Shown piece after piece: positions 1 through 14,239 of a stretch of 64,000 nt of DNA (the stretch's first letter is position 1; each line of letters begins with the position of its first letter). Both the position numbers and the translations under genes were made by a program. The notes under the pieces are model-generated. The model was not told the DNA's origin. It saw only the letters and a program-made list of their open reading frames with translations, and did no database searches. The stretch is from Hemiscyllium ocellatum (lineage: Eukaryota), in assembly GCF_020745735.1 (NCBI RefSeq), contig NC_083417.1, positions 53,382,001-53,446,000 on the forward strand. The letters run 5' to 3'.

Positions 1-620
1 TCCAAGTCACAAAATGAAGTAGGTTTAACTGCCATTAAATATGCAACTTAACCTTTGGGAAAAGGGAAAATTTTCAGGATCATACTAGGTTTCTTTTGAA
101 ATTTTAAAGGAATGTTCCTAGACAAGGAGCAATACAAAACAGGAAAATGTACAATTTACAGACAGCCTACGATTTTCCATGCTGTATTAGAATCCTTATT
201 TAAATTTCTATCAATAAATGTGTTTTCTGCCTGTAAGAATTGATTTTGAAATATTGAATACATCCATTTTGCCTCCAGGGTGGCTTTAGGATTGACCAAG
301 CACAATTTCAACACTTGCACTGTTCTCACTCTTTGCTCATGAACTACTGTTATTGAGAGTTTGTTGAAATAGCCTGTTAACAGACAAAGGTTAAAATTTA
401 GAATTTTTTTTAAGAGCTTAAGAATGGAATAGGATGGTTTATTGACACTTGCGCAGTTATAACTGCATAGGCAGAAACAATTCAAATAAACACAGTATCT
501 ATAATGTACTTACAAGAACTAACCTGAAATTGCTTTGTTACTTTAAATATGATCTTTGAATTGGAATAAGGTTCTGTTTTTGGTGAAATGTATCTACTGT
601 GCTATTACTCCATAATGTTA
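1..620 (-). other. GFOD2: GFOD2 3' UTR (partial); candidate AATAAA at 443-438
   Basis: AT-rich, repeat-free sequence directly after the stop codon; plus-strand TTTATT at 438-443. Confidence 0.55.
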
Positions 621-1522
621 TTACAGGTTATTACGTTGCAAGGCATCACATAGGTTCTGATTAGAATCTGGTTCTTCTGTTATCATAGCAATAACTTCCC
701 ATTCCCCAGACCTGCTCGATCTCTTAATAGCATCCACAACACTTTGCATATAAAGGCCATCTTCAAAGGATGCAGCCATTGAAACTGGCCTGTGGGCCCA
801 GGTGCGCCGATCCTCTTGATCCTTAAAGGATTTGCTCAAGGCTTGCACCATGTAAACAGTGCCCTTTAAATATATAAGGGGAATATCGCTGAATGCTTTC
901 TCTAGCAGCCCAGGTGTGTTTACAGACATGGTATCAGCAAGCAGCAGCTCCTCCTTGAAGGAAGTATTTTTTTGCCCATACAAGTCTGTACCTCGAGCAA
1001 TCAAACGGCCCATGGATCCCACAATCATGACTTCATGGATAAAAGGGCCAGGCATGTTGAAGTTGAGTGTAACAGTGCTACACACACCACCATTCATTAA
1101 CATCTGGAAGAAGCAGAAATCATCACTAGTGACGTGTCGGATTCCATGTATGTTATTGTTTTGTTTCACGAAAGTTTTCAGGAGGCCATGGACCTTCTCA
1201 GCTTTCTTATTGGTCAAGTGAGTCAGCAGATCTACAATATAAGTGCCCATTGTGTGAAGCCCGCCACCACCCATTAGTTCATCACAAATCCAGTTATATT
1301 TGTTGCTGAGAAGACTGCCCCAATATACACGTACATCACAGATCATGACATTACCAATGTAGCCTTCTTCAATTAACTGCTTCATCTTCACAAATGCTGG
1401 TAGAAACCGAAGTACATTATCGACAATACTCATGAGTTTAGGATAGTAACGAGCTGCTTTCACCATCTTGAAGGCATCTCCTGCAGTTGCTGCTTTCTCA
1501 CAAATCACATTCTTTCCAATAC
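621..1522 (-). CDS. GFOD2: GFOD2 last coding exon (glucose-fructose oxidoreductase domain-containing 2, Gfo/Idh/MocA family)
   Basis: Open frame (G)[12 protein letters not shown]...[16 protein letters not shown]...[26 protein letters not shown]...LQRNNL* matches vertebrate GFOD2 as I recall it. Acceptor AG at 1524-1523 follows a polypyrimidine tract; stop TAA at 623-621. Confidence 0.96.
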
Positions 1523-4500
1523 CTTTTATTTGGGCAAGAAGGAAAGAAAATTAGAAAATCATGCAAAATGAAGCATTCTATTTCCATTCAATTAACTCGA
1601 GTTCTCAATATTGCATAGTACTATAAAAATGTGCAAACAACCTTAATAATAATGATTGCAGACATTAAATTATACCTGATGCCAACACTAATGCCACAAT
1701 TGATGTGTTAAATCTTTCTATCCACAAAATGTTCAAAAAAAAACCACATTGATAACAAATGAATCTAACAGGACGCAGAAACACGTCAGGCAATTTAATT
1801 AAAGTTCCAGCAAATTATCAATGCAACTTGCTAATATAAGCTTATTCCCACTTCTCCACCAACAAAGTCCGATGGATTTGAAGTAAAAATGTCATCCATT
1901 TTTTTCCATCTGAAGTAATCTGGAGAAATACCTGATTTTATGCAGTTACCACTCATCTTCTAAAACTTTTTTTATACATTTCACAAAATTAGAATGTTAT
2001 ACATTGCAAATACAATGTAGCTCACTGTTTATTGGGCCACTAATCTGAATTCAGTCTGTAATAAAGCATGAAATTTTATATTAATTATATGGCTACAATT
2101 TGTAGAGCTCATTCACACATTAAAAGTACAGAATTCCTGAGAATAACTTAAAACATTTACTGGCAGTTTTCTCCAAATAAATAATAAATTACTTTCACAG
2201 TTGGTTTCCATGTACACACGATTCACAGCTGTGGGAACACATTTAACAAAATCAATCTTCCCCTTCTTTATTAACTACGAACAGTGACATAGCAGAGATC
2301 AGGCACTAATGCCAGTTGTAACATATCACCAGTCCTGTGCATCTCTCATTAGCTTACAAATAATAGTTTTCCTCTGGCTTTGCCAAATCCAAACAAATGT
2401 CGCTTCTACCTGAATTTACAAAATAGTTAAAATGTCAACTGCTAATCAACAATAAAGTACAACAGAAGCAGCACAAGGATTGAATGTTTCTTTGTTTGGA
2501 GTGCAAGATTGGGCTTCATTGAGACAGATAATGTCAGTATGCTCATCAGTCTCGAGATCCTGAGAGAAACTATCACTATCACTTGGAGATTTGCCTGATG
2601 ACTTTGAGAGTATGGCCTGATGACTTTGAGAAGGTAATACAAGCAGCTCAGAACGCTTGAAATTAAACTTTTTATCTTACCAATCAATAGATATATTAGA
2701 AATAACTCATTAGTTATGTATTCTGTAAGTTTGAGACAGGAGAGATCATGAAAGTGTCAGAAAATAAGTCAAAAAATTAAAAAGTTCAAAGGATATACAA
2801 AATTAAGCGGAGGAATATAAAAATAAATAGTATTCTGCAATAGTACAAATAACCATTAAATTAAATATAATTTAGAGGTAAGGACCAGGAATTATAAAAT
2901 TATTGAATACCTGTTTTGAATCAGTATTTCTGATGGGAAACTTAGAAAGAGCTGGATTTAGCCAGAGAGACTAAGTCTACTTATTCATGGAAGAGGTCCT
3001 TCATCAATCCCTGGATACAGCAGAAGCTGCACTGATTAAATAGAAGCTAGAAGGGGCTGATGTGGAATTCCTAGTTGTTAACAGCAGGATGTCATTCAGG
3101 CTCTTTAGTGATCCAATGAACATCCATTATCTCAGTGCCCATCGCAATTTAGTGATGCCTCAGCTTTGCCAACAAACACCTGTGGGTTCCTCATCAGGCA
3201 AGCTAGCCCAATCAAGGGATCTGCGATGAGGAAGAATGAAAGTTGCAAAATGTCACTTCTCCCCACCCCTGCATCTCTTGTGCTCCCCTTCTCCTAACAC
3301 CCCATCCTGTTTTCATTCCTTTTGGCTTGAATGGGATTCAAGACCCACAGCAATGTGATGGCCATCATTTGTTCCCCATCCCCAACTGCTCATAAACTAA
3401 GTAGCTTGCTAGGCCACTTCAGAGGGCAGTCATAAGTTAATCATTTTATTGTGGGTCTTGAATAACATTTAGGCCAGAATAATGGGAAATTTCCTTTTAT
3501 AGTGAACCAGATGGGTTTTTACAATAATTATAATTTCATGGCACCGTTAGAATGACCAGCTTTCAATTCTGGATATATTTATTAGTTGAATTTAAATTTG
3601 ACTAGCTGTTGTGTCCTTACAGCTTTAGCCTAGGCCTCTGAATTACTAGTCAAGTCACATTACCATTGCCCTATCATAACTGCATTTGTTATCTCTAAAA
3701 TGATTAAATAATGAATGATAATCATTCATTTTTGTTTTCTGGTCCATTGTGGGAGAATTCTTCAATATGATTGGCTGCCTAGCCTGTTTGATAATATCAC
3801 TATTGCTAAACATGGAGGTCACTTAATGTCAGAACTAAATTAACATTTTTTATTCAATCATAGGATGTGGACATCACTAGCTAGGCTGGCATTTATTACC
3901 CATTCAAGTTGCCCTTAAGATGGGGGTGAACTGCTTTATTAAACTACTGAAGCCCATTTGGTGTAGGTACACCCACAAAGCTGTTAGGGAAGGAGTTCCA
4001 GGATTTTAACCCAACGACACTGAAGGAACAGCGATATGTATGGTGAGTGCCTTGAGAGGGGAACTTGTATGTGATGGTTTTCCTATTTATCTGCTGCCCT
4101 TGTCCTTCTTGATGAGAGAAAGAATAAAATCCATACATATTCGAAGGTACGTCCAAAATCAGCCTAGTCAGAGAGCCCAAGATTTTATCATGGATTTTCA
4201 TATTTATGTGATGATCTGTAAATGCACACTTTAATACAATTACATACTGATAATTATATACTGTACTAATTTATTGCTATTTGATTTTTGTTGACATCTG
4301 AGTCACTTAGTTTTCAAGCATTAAAGTGGGGTCAATTCAGAAAATAGAAGTAAATGGTACTGCAAATGATTGCTAAATTTTAAAATCTAAAGAAACTGCA
4401 GTCAATAGATAAAATGCTCATAAATACATCCTCTCACAGCATATCAGAATTTGAATCTTAAAACAAAAGTAAAAATATTGCTGTTCAGACAAATATCAGA

Positions 4501-5834
4501 TGTAAGCAAATGACATTTGTCCATGAAAGTTAATTATGAAGTTCCCACGAACCTTTAAAGGGGAAATCACACATCTCCACTAAATTGCCAAAGCATTCTC
4601 TTCTTAATAAGCAGAGACACAAATACCATACTTTTTGCATAACTGCAGTGACATTTTTCTTACAGTTTTATCAACTCCCAAAAATGACTGGTTTATCTTT
4701 TTGTTTCAACAAAAAGGATAAAAGGGAGGCCATTTAGAAACTATAGTTCAAGTGCTCTTTCAAACATTTATATAGCCAACAACAGTTACCTAGTCCAAAG
4801 TCTCACAATTCTACCAATGCAAACTAACACTCCTCAAGTATTAGCAAATGCCAACAGTTAACCAGTTGTTAGAAGGTTGGACTTGGGGTGGGGCTCGAAG
4901 AGACAACATCACTGACAACTCATGGCTTTCAGCTTTGTTTGGCATTTCTACAGGCTAGGAGAAAGTGTGGACTGCAGATGCTGGAGATCAGAGCTGATCC
5001 CTGTTTGGCTGTAGCAGGGTAGTTTCAGTGAAGGTAAAGCAGTGAACACTTACAGTTTCAGTGTAATTACCACTGCAAAATCCATGCTTGTGAAACTTTG
5101 CAGTAAGCATGCATTTAGCTCAAAGATTGAGCACCTTCATAATGAGTAAAACTGACGTCTCCCCCAAGTCTTTTGTTTCATACTTTAACTATTTCCTTTT
5201 TAAACCCAAGTGTGTTACCTACCATCAAAAACCACATATCAAAAACTCAGAAGAAGACAATAAACTAATTTTTTTATTTTCTCCTTCCGGTGCTTTTCCT
5301 TCTCACAGGGAAAAGGTGAAAGCACTGGTTTGAAAATTGAACAAAATTTAGCTTCCATGAAGAACTTCACATCTATATCATCTTGATAGTGTTCCTGTGC
5401 ATGTTCACTTTAAGATAGAAAGTGTTTCCTGAATTTTTAAAGTAAATTTAAAGTATGGTCACAGCTGCAGAACAGAACAGCTAAGAGACAGGCTGTTCCA
5501 AAATAGAAACATGTAGCAAATGGCTGTTAAATAGGTACTTGAGTTTTGGTTACTGTTTTGACAAGAATTCAAATTTAACCCATTAATTTAAATTATGCCC
5601 AGGATACTAAACCCAATTGAGTTTGAAGTTATCGTATTGACATTGGACCAATGATAGGGCATGATGTTTGCAGGGGCAGGGTGGGCGGGGAGGGCCATAA
5701 AAGCAGATCATTTTGAAAACTGATCAGAGCAACTGCCACCAAATAGCAGAGCAACAGTTGCAGAGCCAGACAGCTAACTGCCCATCTAATATCTTGCTCT
5801 CAAAATAATAAAGACTGTCTATCAAAACATATAT

Positions 5835-7625
5835 AAGAACATAAGAACTAGGAGCATGAATAGGCAATCTGGTCCTTTGAGCCTTCTCTGCCATTCAATA
5901 AGATCATGGCTGATCTTTGAGAATTCAGATCCACTTACCAGTGCTCTCACCTTATCCCTTCATTATTGTTCAAAAAAAAACTATCTTAGCTTTAAAAATG
6001 TTTACTGTAATAGCATCAACTACTTCATTGGGCAAGGAATTCGAGATTTACAACCCTCTGAGTGAAGAAGCTCCTTCTCAGTTCAGTCCGAAATCTGCTC
6101 TCTCTAATCTTGAGGTTATGCCCTCATGTCCTAGTTTCACCTGCCAGTGGAAACATCCTCTCTATTTCTATTTTTTCTATTCATAGAGTCATAGAAATGT
6201 ACAGCATGGAAACAGATCCTTCGGTCCAACTCGTCCATGCCGAGAAGATATCTCAATCCAATCTAGTCCCACCTGCCAACACCTGGCCCATATCCCTCCA
6301 AACCCTTCCTATTCATATAGCCATCCAGATGTCTTTTAAATGTTACAATTGTACTAACCTTCACCACTTCCTCTGGAAGCTCATTCCATACTCGTACCAC
6401 TCTCTGCGTGAAAAAGCTGCCCCTTTGGTCTCTTTTAGATCTTTCCCCTCTCACCCTAAACCTATGCCCTCTAGTTCTGGACTCACCCAGGGAAAAGACT
6501 TTGTCTATTTATCCTATCCATGCCCCTCAAGATTTTATAAACCTCTAAGGTCACCCCTCAGCCCCCGAATGCCCCACAGAAAACACCCCCAGCCTATTCA
6601 ACCTTTCCCTATAGCTCAAGTCGTCTAACCCTGGCAATATCCTCGTAAACCTTTTCTGAACCCTTTCAAGTTTCACAACATCTTTCCGATAGGAAGACCA
6701 GAATTGCATGCAATGTTCCAACAGTGGCCCAACCAATGTCCTGTCGAGCCATGTTTCTATAAGAAACCCCCTCATTCTCCTGATTTCCGATGATTATAAT
6801 CCCAGTCTACTCAGTCTCTCCTCATAAGCCAAACTCTTCGTCTATAGAATCAATCTAGTGAACCTCCTCTGCAACCCCCCTCCAGCCAGTACATCCTTTC
6901 TCAAGTAAGGAGATCAAAACTGCTTGCAGTAATCCAGGTATGGCCTCACCAGCACCCTGTACGGATGCAACATAACATCCCTGTTTGTCAACTCAATCCG
7001 TTTAATAATAAAGGACAAAATTCCATTTGCCTTCCTTATTATTTGTTGTACCTGCAGACCAACCTTCAGTGATTCATGCATAAGGACACCCAAGTGTCTC
7101 TGTACAGCAGCATTACCACTCAAGTAATAATCCGTTCCACTTACTCCTACCAAAATGGATGACTTCACACTTATTAACATCGTATTCCATCTACCAGACC
7201 TTTGCCCACTCACTCAAAATAACTATGTTCCTCTGCAAAGTTTCCTATTCCTCTGCACACTTTGCTCTGCCACTCAATTTAATGCCATATGCAAACTTTG
7301 ACATACTACATGTGGTCCCCAACTTCAAATCATCTATATAAATTGTGAATAATTACGGTCCCAACACTGATCCCTGAGGCACACACTTAGTCACTGATTG
7401 TCAGCCAGAATAGCACTCATTTATCCCCACTCTTTACTTCCGGTTAGTTCGACCAACCCCCTATCCATGCTAATAGTCTACCCGTAGCGCCCTGCATCCT
7501 TATCTTATGCAGCAGTATCTTGTGCAGCACCTTGTCGAATGCTTTTGGAAATCTAGGTACACCACATCCACGGAGTCTCTGTTTTCCACGTTGCTTGTAA
7601 GGCCTTCACAGAATTCCAATAGATT
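5835..7625 (-). mobile_element. CR1-clade LINE 3' part, interrupted at about 6185-6750 by the 3' end of a second CR1 family
   Basis: RT C-terminal peptides (YRVLVRPYLDYCKQF; LERVQKRFTRILPGLDDLSYRERLNRLG; FKRHLDGYM) and (TAAGAACA)/(CATAGAGT) tail repeats. Confidence 0.85.
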
Positions 7626-9610
7626 TTTAGGTATAGGGAATGCTGGATGTCTAAAGAAATTGAAGGTTTGGTTAAGAAAAAGAAGGAAGCATATGTCAGG
7701 TATAGACAGGATAGATTGAGTGAATCCTTAGAAAAGTATAAAGGCAGTAGGAGTATATATACTTAAGAGGGAAATCAGGAGGGCAAAAAGGGGACATGAG
7801 ACAACTTTGGCAAATAGGGTTCAGGAGAATCCAAAGAGGTTTTTACAAATACATTAAGGACAAAAGGGTAACTAGGGAAAGAATAGGGCCCCTCAAAGAT
7901 CGGCCTTAAGTGTGGAGCCGCAAGAGATGGGGCAGATATGAAACAAAAAGGACATGGAAGATATTGAATGTAGGGAAATAGATGGTGACATCTTGAAAAA
8001 TGTCCATATTACAGAGGAGGAAGTGCTGGATGTCTTGAAACACAAAGTGGATAAATCCCCAGGATTTCCCCAAGACCTGATCAGGTGTACCTAGAACTCT
8101 ATGGGAAGCCAGGGAAGTGATTGCTGGACCTCTTACTGAGATATTTGTATCATCGATAGTCACAGGTGAGGTGCTGGAAAACTGGAAGTTGGATAATGTG
8201 GTGCCACCGTTTAAGAAAAGGTGGTAAGGACAAGCCAGGGAACTATGGACCAGTGAGCCTGACGTCGGTGGTGGGCATATTGTTGGAGGGAATCCTGAGG
8301 GACAGAATGTACATGTATTTGGAAAGGCAAGCACTGATTAGGGATAGTCAGCATGGCTTTATGCATGGGAAATCATGTCTCATAAACTTGATTGAGTTTT
8401 TTGAAGAAGTAACAAAGAGGATTGATGAGGGCAGAGCAGTAGATTTGATCTATGTGGACTTCAGTAAGGCATTCGACAAGGTTCCCCATGGAAGACTAGT
8501 GAGCAAGGTTAGATCTCATGGAATACAGGGAGAACTCGCCATTTAGATACAAAACTAGCTCAAAAGGTAGAAAACAGAGGGTAGTGGTGAACAGTCATTT
8601 TTCAGACTGGAGGCCTGTGGCCAGTGGAGTGCCACAAGGATCGGTGCTGGGTCCACTACTTTTCGTCATTTATATAAATGATTTGGATTTGAGCATAAGA
8701 GGTATAGTTAGTAAGTTTGCAGATGACACCAAAATTGGAGGTGTAGTGGACAGCGAAGAAGATTACCTCAGAATACAACGGGATCGTGATCAGATGGACC
8801 AAAGGACTAAGAAGTGGCAGATGGAGTTTAATTGAGATAAATGCGAGGTGCTGCTGTTTGGGAAAGCAAACCTTAGCAGGACTTACCAACACTTAATGGT
8901 AAGGTCCTCGGGAATATTGCTGAACAAAGAGACCTTGGAGTGTAGACTTGAAAGTGGAGTCGCAGGTGGATGGGATAGTGCAGACAGCGTTGGTATTATT
9001 TCCTTTATTGGTCAGAGTATTGAGAACAAGATTTGGGAGGTCATGTTGCAGCTGTACAGGACTTTGGTTAGGCTACTGTTGGAATATTGTATGCAGTTGT
9101 GGTCTCCTTCCTATTAGAAGGATGTTATGAAACTTGAAAGGGTTCAGAAAGGATTTACAAGGATGTTGCCAGGGTTGGAGGATTTGAGCTATGGGGAGAG
9201 GTTGAATAGGCTGGGGCTGTTTTCCCTGGAGCGTCAGAGGCGGAGGGATGACCGTATAGATGTTTATAAAATCATGAGGGGCATGGATAGGATAAATAGA
9301 CAAAGTCTCTTCCCGGGGTTGGGGGAACCCAGAACTAGAGGGCATAGGTTTAGGGTGAGAGGGAAAAGATATGAAAGAGACCCAAGGGGCAACCTTTTCC
9401 CGCAGAGGGTGGTACATGTACAGAATGAGTGGCCAGAGGAAATGTGGAGGCTAGTACAATTGCAACATTTAAAAGGCATTTGGAGTAGGAAGGGTTTGGA
9501 GGGATATGGGCCAGGTACTGGCAGGTGGGACTAGATTGGGTTGGGTATCTGGTTGGCATGGACAAGTTGGACCGAAGGGTCTGTTTCCATGCTGTACATT
9601 TCTATAACTC
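7625..9610 (+). mobile_element. CR1 (HER1-like) LINE, 5'-truncated, frameshifted RT
   Basis: PGNYGPVSLTSVVG, SQHGF..GKSCLINL, YVDFSKAFDKVPH, SGVPQGSVLGPLLF, SKFADDTK motifs, followed by a 3' tail. Confidence 0.95.
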
Positions 9611-12600
9611 CAGCTGAAACCAAAATGAAAATTCATTTGATATGAATTTTTCTGCTGTATTCTGAAACTGCAAATTTACAGTTTCTCAATTAAGAATTGT
9701 ACTTTACAGTACAGTGACAAATGCCTTCACATAGCAAACACATTTAAAACTTAATTGTCTCAACTTTTAATTTTAAATTGATAAACACGGAACAATGATC
9801 CCAAGGTCCAGATCACTGTAGCTGAAAAAAAAATTCTAAATTATAATAAAAACACAGTTCTAAGAAGAATTAATCCACTATTTCAGGTTTGGAATTTATA
9901 ACCCATTTTATGCTCTGTACTGCATTCTATTCATTCTTTTGAAAAAGTAATGTGACTACAGTCACATTAAAAAAAAGAGTAAAAACAGATATCGATAAAG
10001 GGAAGGCAAGACAGTAGCATACTATTTGTTAATCAAGCTGACCGTTAATGCAATTAAGCCATTTGTTCCCAAAATGTACTTACAGTTCAATAAGTGGCAG
10101 AATGAAAAAGCTCTTCTGGTGTCCCCTTCTCTCGCTCATTTCCAAGTTGTACCTGACTTGTGCTCTGAACTGGTGACATGATTTTGTACAGCAGATCAGA
10201 TCCCATTAACATGCAGTTTCACAGTGAAACTAATACATATTATTGAATAGCCCCTCACTTTAAATTTCTTAACTGTTTCGACAAAACTATGGCGCTCAGT
10301 AAGAAGGATTGGGAGGACATAATAATGACAATGTGCACCCATACTAGGCACTTCTTTCCTCCAAATAGGGAGATGTAGGTTTATTTAGAACCTAATTCCT
10401 TAAAATTTCAACATATTTTAATAATATCCTGAAATTGTTCTTTAATCAAAGCATGACAAGTGTAATAACTTCTGGAGAGGCAAAACAAATGACAACAACT
10501 AACAGAGAAACTAAATTACTGTACAGAGAACTTAATTCAGATTTAGCTGTGAAAGTTGTCACTTCCCTGAAGCTAACGTCATTCTATAAATTATAATTGT
10601 CTAAACAAGTTATGCAAGTTACTGAATCTAGAAGACTGACAGTCTGAGTTGTGGTAAACCTTTTTTGAGAATGTTTATATATAAAGTGTATAGATGCATT
10701 TAAAGTACAAGGCGAATGGAATAAATTATATTGAAAGGGTTAGAAGAAATTTGTGAAACATACATACCCACATATAGACTGGACAGAATGGCCCAATTCT
10801 CAGCTGTAACATTCTGTGCAACTCTTATATAATTTAAGAAAATTCAAGTAACTTAGAAAAGTATGCAACACAAATGACATCCTTGTGACTACGAACTTGA
10901 AAACTAGCCTTTCAGGACAATTACTGTCAATATACTTTCAATTTCTCTGCAATGCTTCTAACAGTTGATCTTACCATCATCTTCTAATGCCTTTCCTCCA
11001 TTTTCTATTTAGCTTGGAACAAACAGCTGATTTAGAAATATTGTGCAAATAATGTAAATTTTATATTTGACAATGAAGAGTCAAATGGAGACCCTCTGGC
11101 CCATGATGCAGGGAGCTTTGCCTCATACAGGATCAACTAAAACTGACAGATGGAAGAGCTTGTACTAGAAAGAAACACTAATCTATGACTGTCCAACTGG
11201 AATTAAGCCACAAATGATGCGTTCCGTAGAATTTCCTATTATTCTTAATAGTAACAATTACTGTTTCTCTTCAATGGAGCCACAAATCTGTTACTGGCAA
11301 CTAGATTACTGGACAAACCATAACTGAAATCAGAGGTCTATTATAACACAATTTTGCTAAGTCATTACCTTTCTAACAGTGAATCACATCCATATACAAC
11401 AATACTTAACACCAGACTGTGGTTTTGTTAGTCTACTGAATCTTCACCAGCTAAGGTACTTTATTTAGCAAAGAAACTGAATCTCAGCAGTCAATGGATC
11501 AGACAGTCCAACATGTATGAGAATAGAGATGATATCAATGAAACCACCATCTTTATACACAGGAATTTTATTCAACAGGAAACTGATATTGATTGCCATA
11601 AGAACCTGGTTTGTACATAATATCCCTTTCTCATAGATGTACATCTGGTGATTGCTAAGGAGCAGGAAAAAGGCCGTCAATACAGAGAGATAAATGTATC
11701 AGTATCAGACATCAGTAAGTCTATTCCCCCCCCCCCAAAAGTGTAAGAAGCTCATACTTACACTGGCCCATTCATTTTTTAAAAAATCTGGTTGTGGAAT
11801 GGAAAGCCAGCTGCTTCTTGAGTTACTACATAGTGATAAAATGCAGATTCTTTGAAACAACCTTTTGGATTCTGACAATTGCCTAGTCTATTGATAGCAT
11901 ACACTAGCTTAATCACTAGGATGCCGTGACTGTGTTATTTGAAGGGAAACCTTAATAAGGAATTACACATTTATCAGCCCCTACTCCTCCTTTGTTCAGA
12001 GATTATGAAAACATTACCACTGAATCAATTCACAAATTTGATCTAAATTAGTTAACTCTGATAATTTTGAACATTACCTCAATTCTTAGAAATTCCATCA
12101 TTTCCTCCCAATGATAAACACAGTATCTGCAGCATTGCCATTTAACATTGAAGTATTGGCCAGATATCTGCAATAGTAATGACAGGAAAACCATAGTATT
12201 TACTGACTGATTTCTGGGGTCCATACAAGGCCAATTGAATCTAGAATTTCGGCAGTTGCTGTTAATGATTCAACAGTTCCCATAAGTGCACTTCCCCATA
12301 CTATCAGAAATCATTCTGATAGTATTATGCCTCATTGAATAAGAGTTTTCAATAGCTTGCCTAAGTCATTATTACTTCTAAGCTGCCTCATTGGTCCTGA
12401 AAGAATAATTTTATATTTGTTGAATGTCACATTTTTCTATTATAATTTTAAAAAGTTCCAGATCTTTTAGTTTTCTTAAATTTATGATTTTAAAGCTTCC
12501 ATCTTAATCGCACTTGCATATTCTAGTCATTAGTTTTGCGATTGATAAAAACTTAACATATTGAAAGGTGAAGGAATTCAATGTGTTTTAATTCTGGTTT

Positions 12601-14239
12601 GGTATTCTGGAATGTGATTGGTTACTTAACCTACTGTCTGCTTCCTACTTTTGGAAGCAGACAGATCCCACTGACTTCTATTGAACATCAAGCAAAGAGA
12701 AAACCATGCTAGAGTTCACTAGATCTTGTTAGCAGCTTTCTTGAAGACTGCTAATGAGCAATGTTACTTCACCACGAACAGATAAAAACAAAATATCCTT
12801 GCGAAAACTGGATTTTGCATTGACTTATCCTTTTCTCACACTGTTCACATCTCCCTTGGTTCAGACAACTTGCTTTCTACAATAAATCTGCATTTCCAAG
12901 CTTTGAGCAGTTCAGATGGAGAAGTGTAACTTGCTTTATTAGTTCTTTAAATGGGACTAACACCTAACATCAAACTGAACTCTTTCACCATCTTATAGCT
13001 AAGTAACTGAAATCTGTCAGTGTTACCCTACACTGACTAGCAAGACAAAACTGTACAGCATCTTCCTTCAAAAGATTATTTGATAAAAATCTAAACACAG
13101 GCATTACAATCATTATTCAATAGATCCTTCTGCTCTATACACCTGTGACCAAACAATGAAGTAGTAGGCAATTTGGTTCATCAAATCCATTCTGCCATTC
13201 AATGAAATCATACCTGATTTGATAATCCTCAACTCCACTTTCCTACATTATCCCCATGACCCTGGATTCCCTTAATCATTAAAAATTTATCTTTAATATA
13301 TTTAATGATTCAGCCATGGCAGTCCTCTGCAGTAAAGAATTCCACAGATTCACCATTTTTAAATGTTTATTATTACAATGTTATTGAGAGCAATGTGGAC
13401 AATATCAATTGGATCCTTCCCCTCCTGCACCAAGCTCCCCACCAACCTGGGGGAGGACATATTTAACCCTTGCACAAGGCAGGCAACAGTCACACTGACA
13501 ATTGTAGAAAACAGTATCTATTTCCCCCCCCCCTCCAAATGATATTGTCCCCTATCACTATGTCCTTGTTTCCTCCAACCACTTGGCCAGATCCATGCAT
13601 GACAGTGTCATTGTCAGGTCATTCATTCTCCCCACAATGCTCACTTTCATTCACACAGGTTGAAAGAACCTTGTCACTGTACGACAATTACAGGAACTTA
13701 GGTATCTTGAAAGCCAACTATATCTAGTTCACCTACAATCACACCCTCCTGCCTTTTCTCACAGACTAAGTTTAAAATATCTAACGTAAGGTATTTAAGA
13801 ATGCAAATTCAGCAGTAAACTGTCCGGGGTTAGGATAAATAGCCCCCTCCCTGATATGGCACAACACCTGCAGCTCAAACTCCAGATTCTCAACCTGGAT
13901 CTAAAGTTCCTCAAGTCACAGAAATGGTGTGGTACTGTCTCTCCCAAACCTTTAATATTGCATCAGCAGGACAATTATTTCAGGAATAGCTGAAAAAAAG
14001 GTTCATTAGCATGACGAAACATGTTGATATGTGAAATTCGCTTGGTGTAACATCGCCAAAGGTTGTGTTTGGTTTATATTCAACAACAAACTGTACCAAA
14101 GTGCAAATTAAAGCAAAATCACCCCAATCCACTACCACATTTGGTGTTTTCTGCAAATGTTTACCATATTCTTCACAATACAAGACATGATAACGATTCA
14201 GTATTTCAGCTATTTACAACTTTCAGATCTAATAATGGA

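Noticed and set aside
859-1221. 120 aa plus-strand ORF
   Set aside because: Antisense shadow of the GFOD2 exon.
3330-4110. Conserved non-coding element or hidden exon
   Set aside because: Looks like old shark SINE/LINE 3' fragments; family not assignable by eye and no splice or ORF support.
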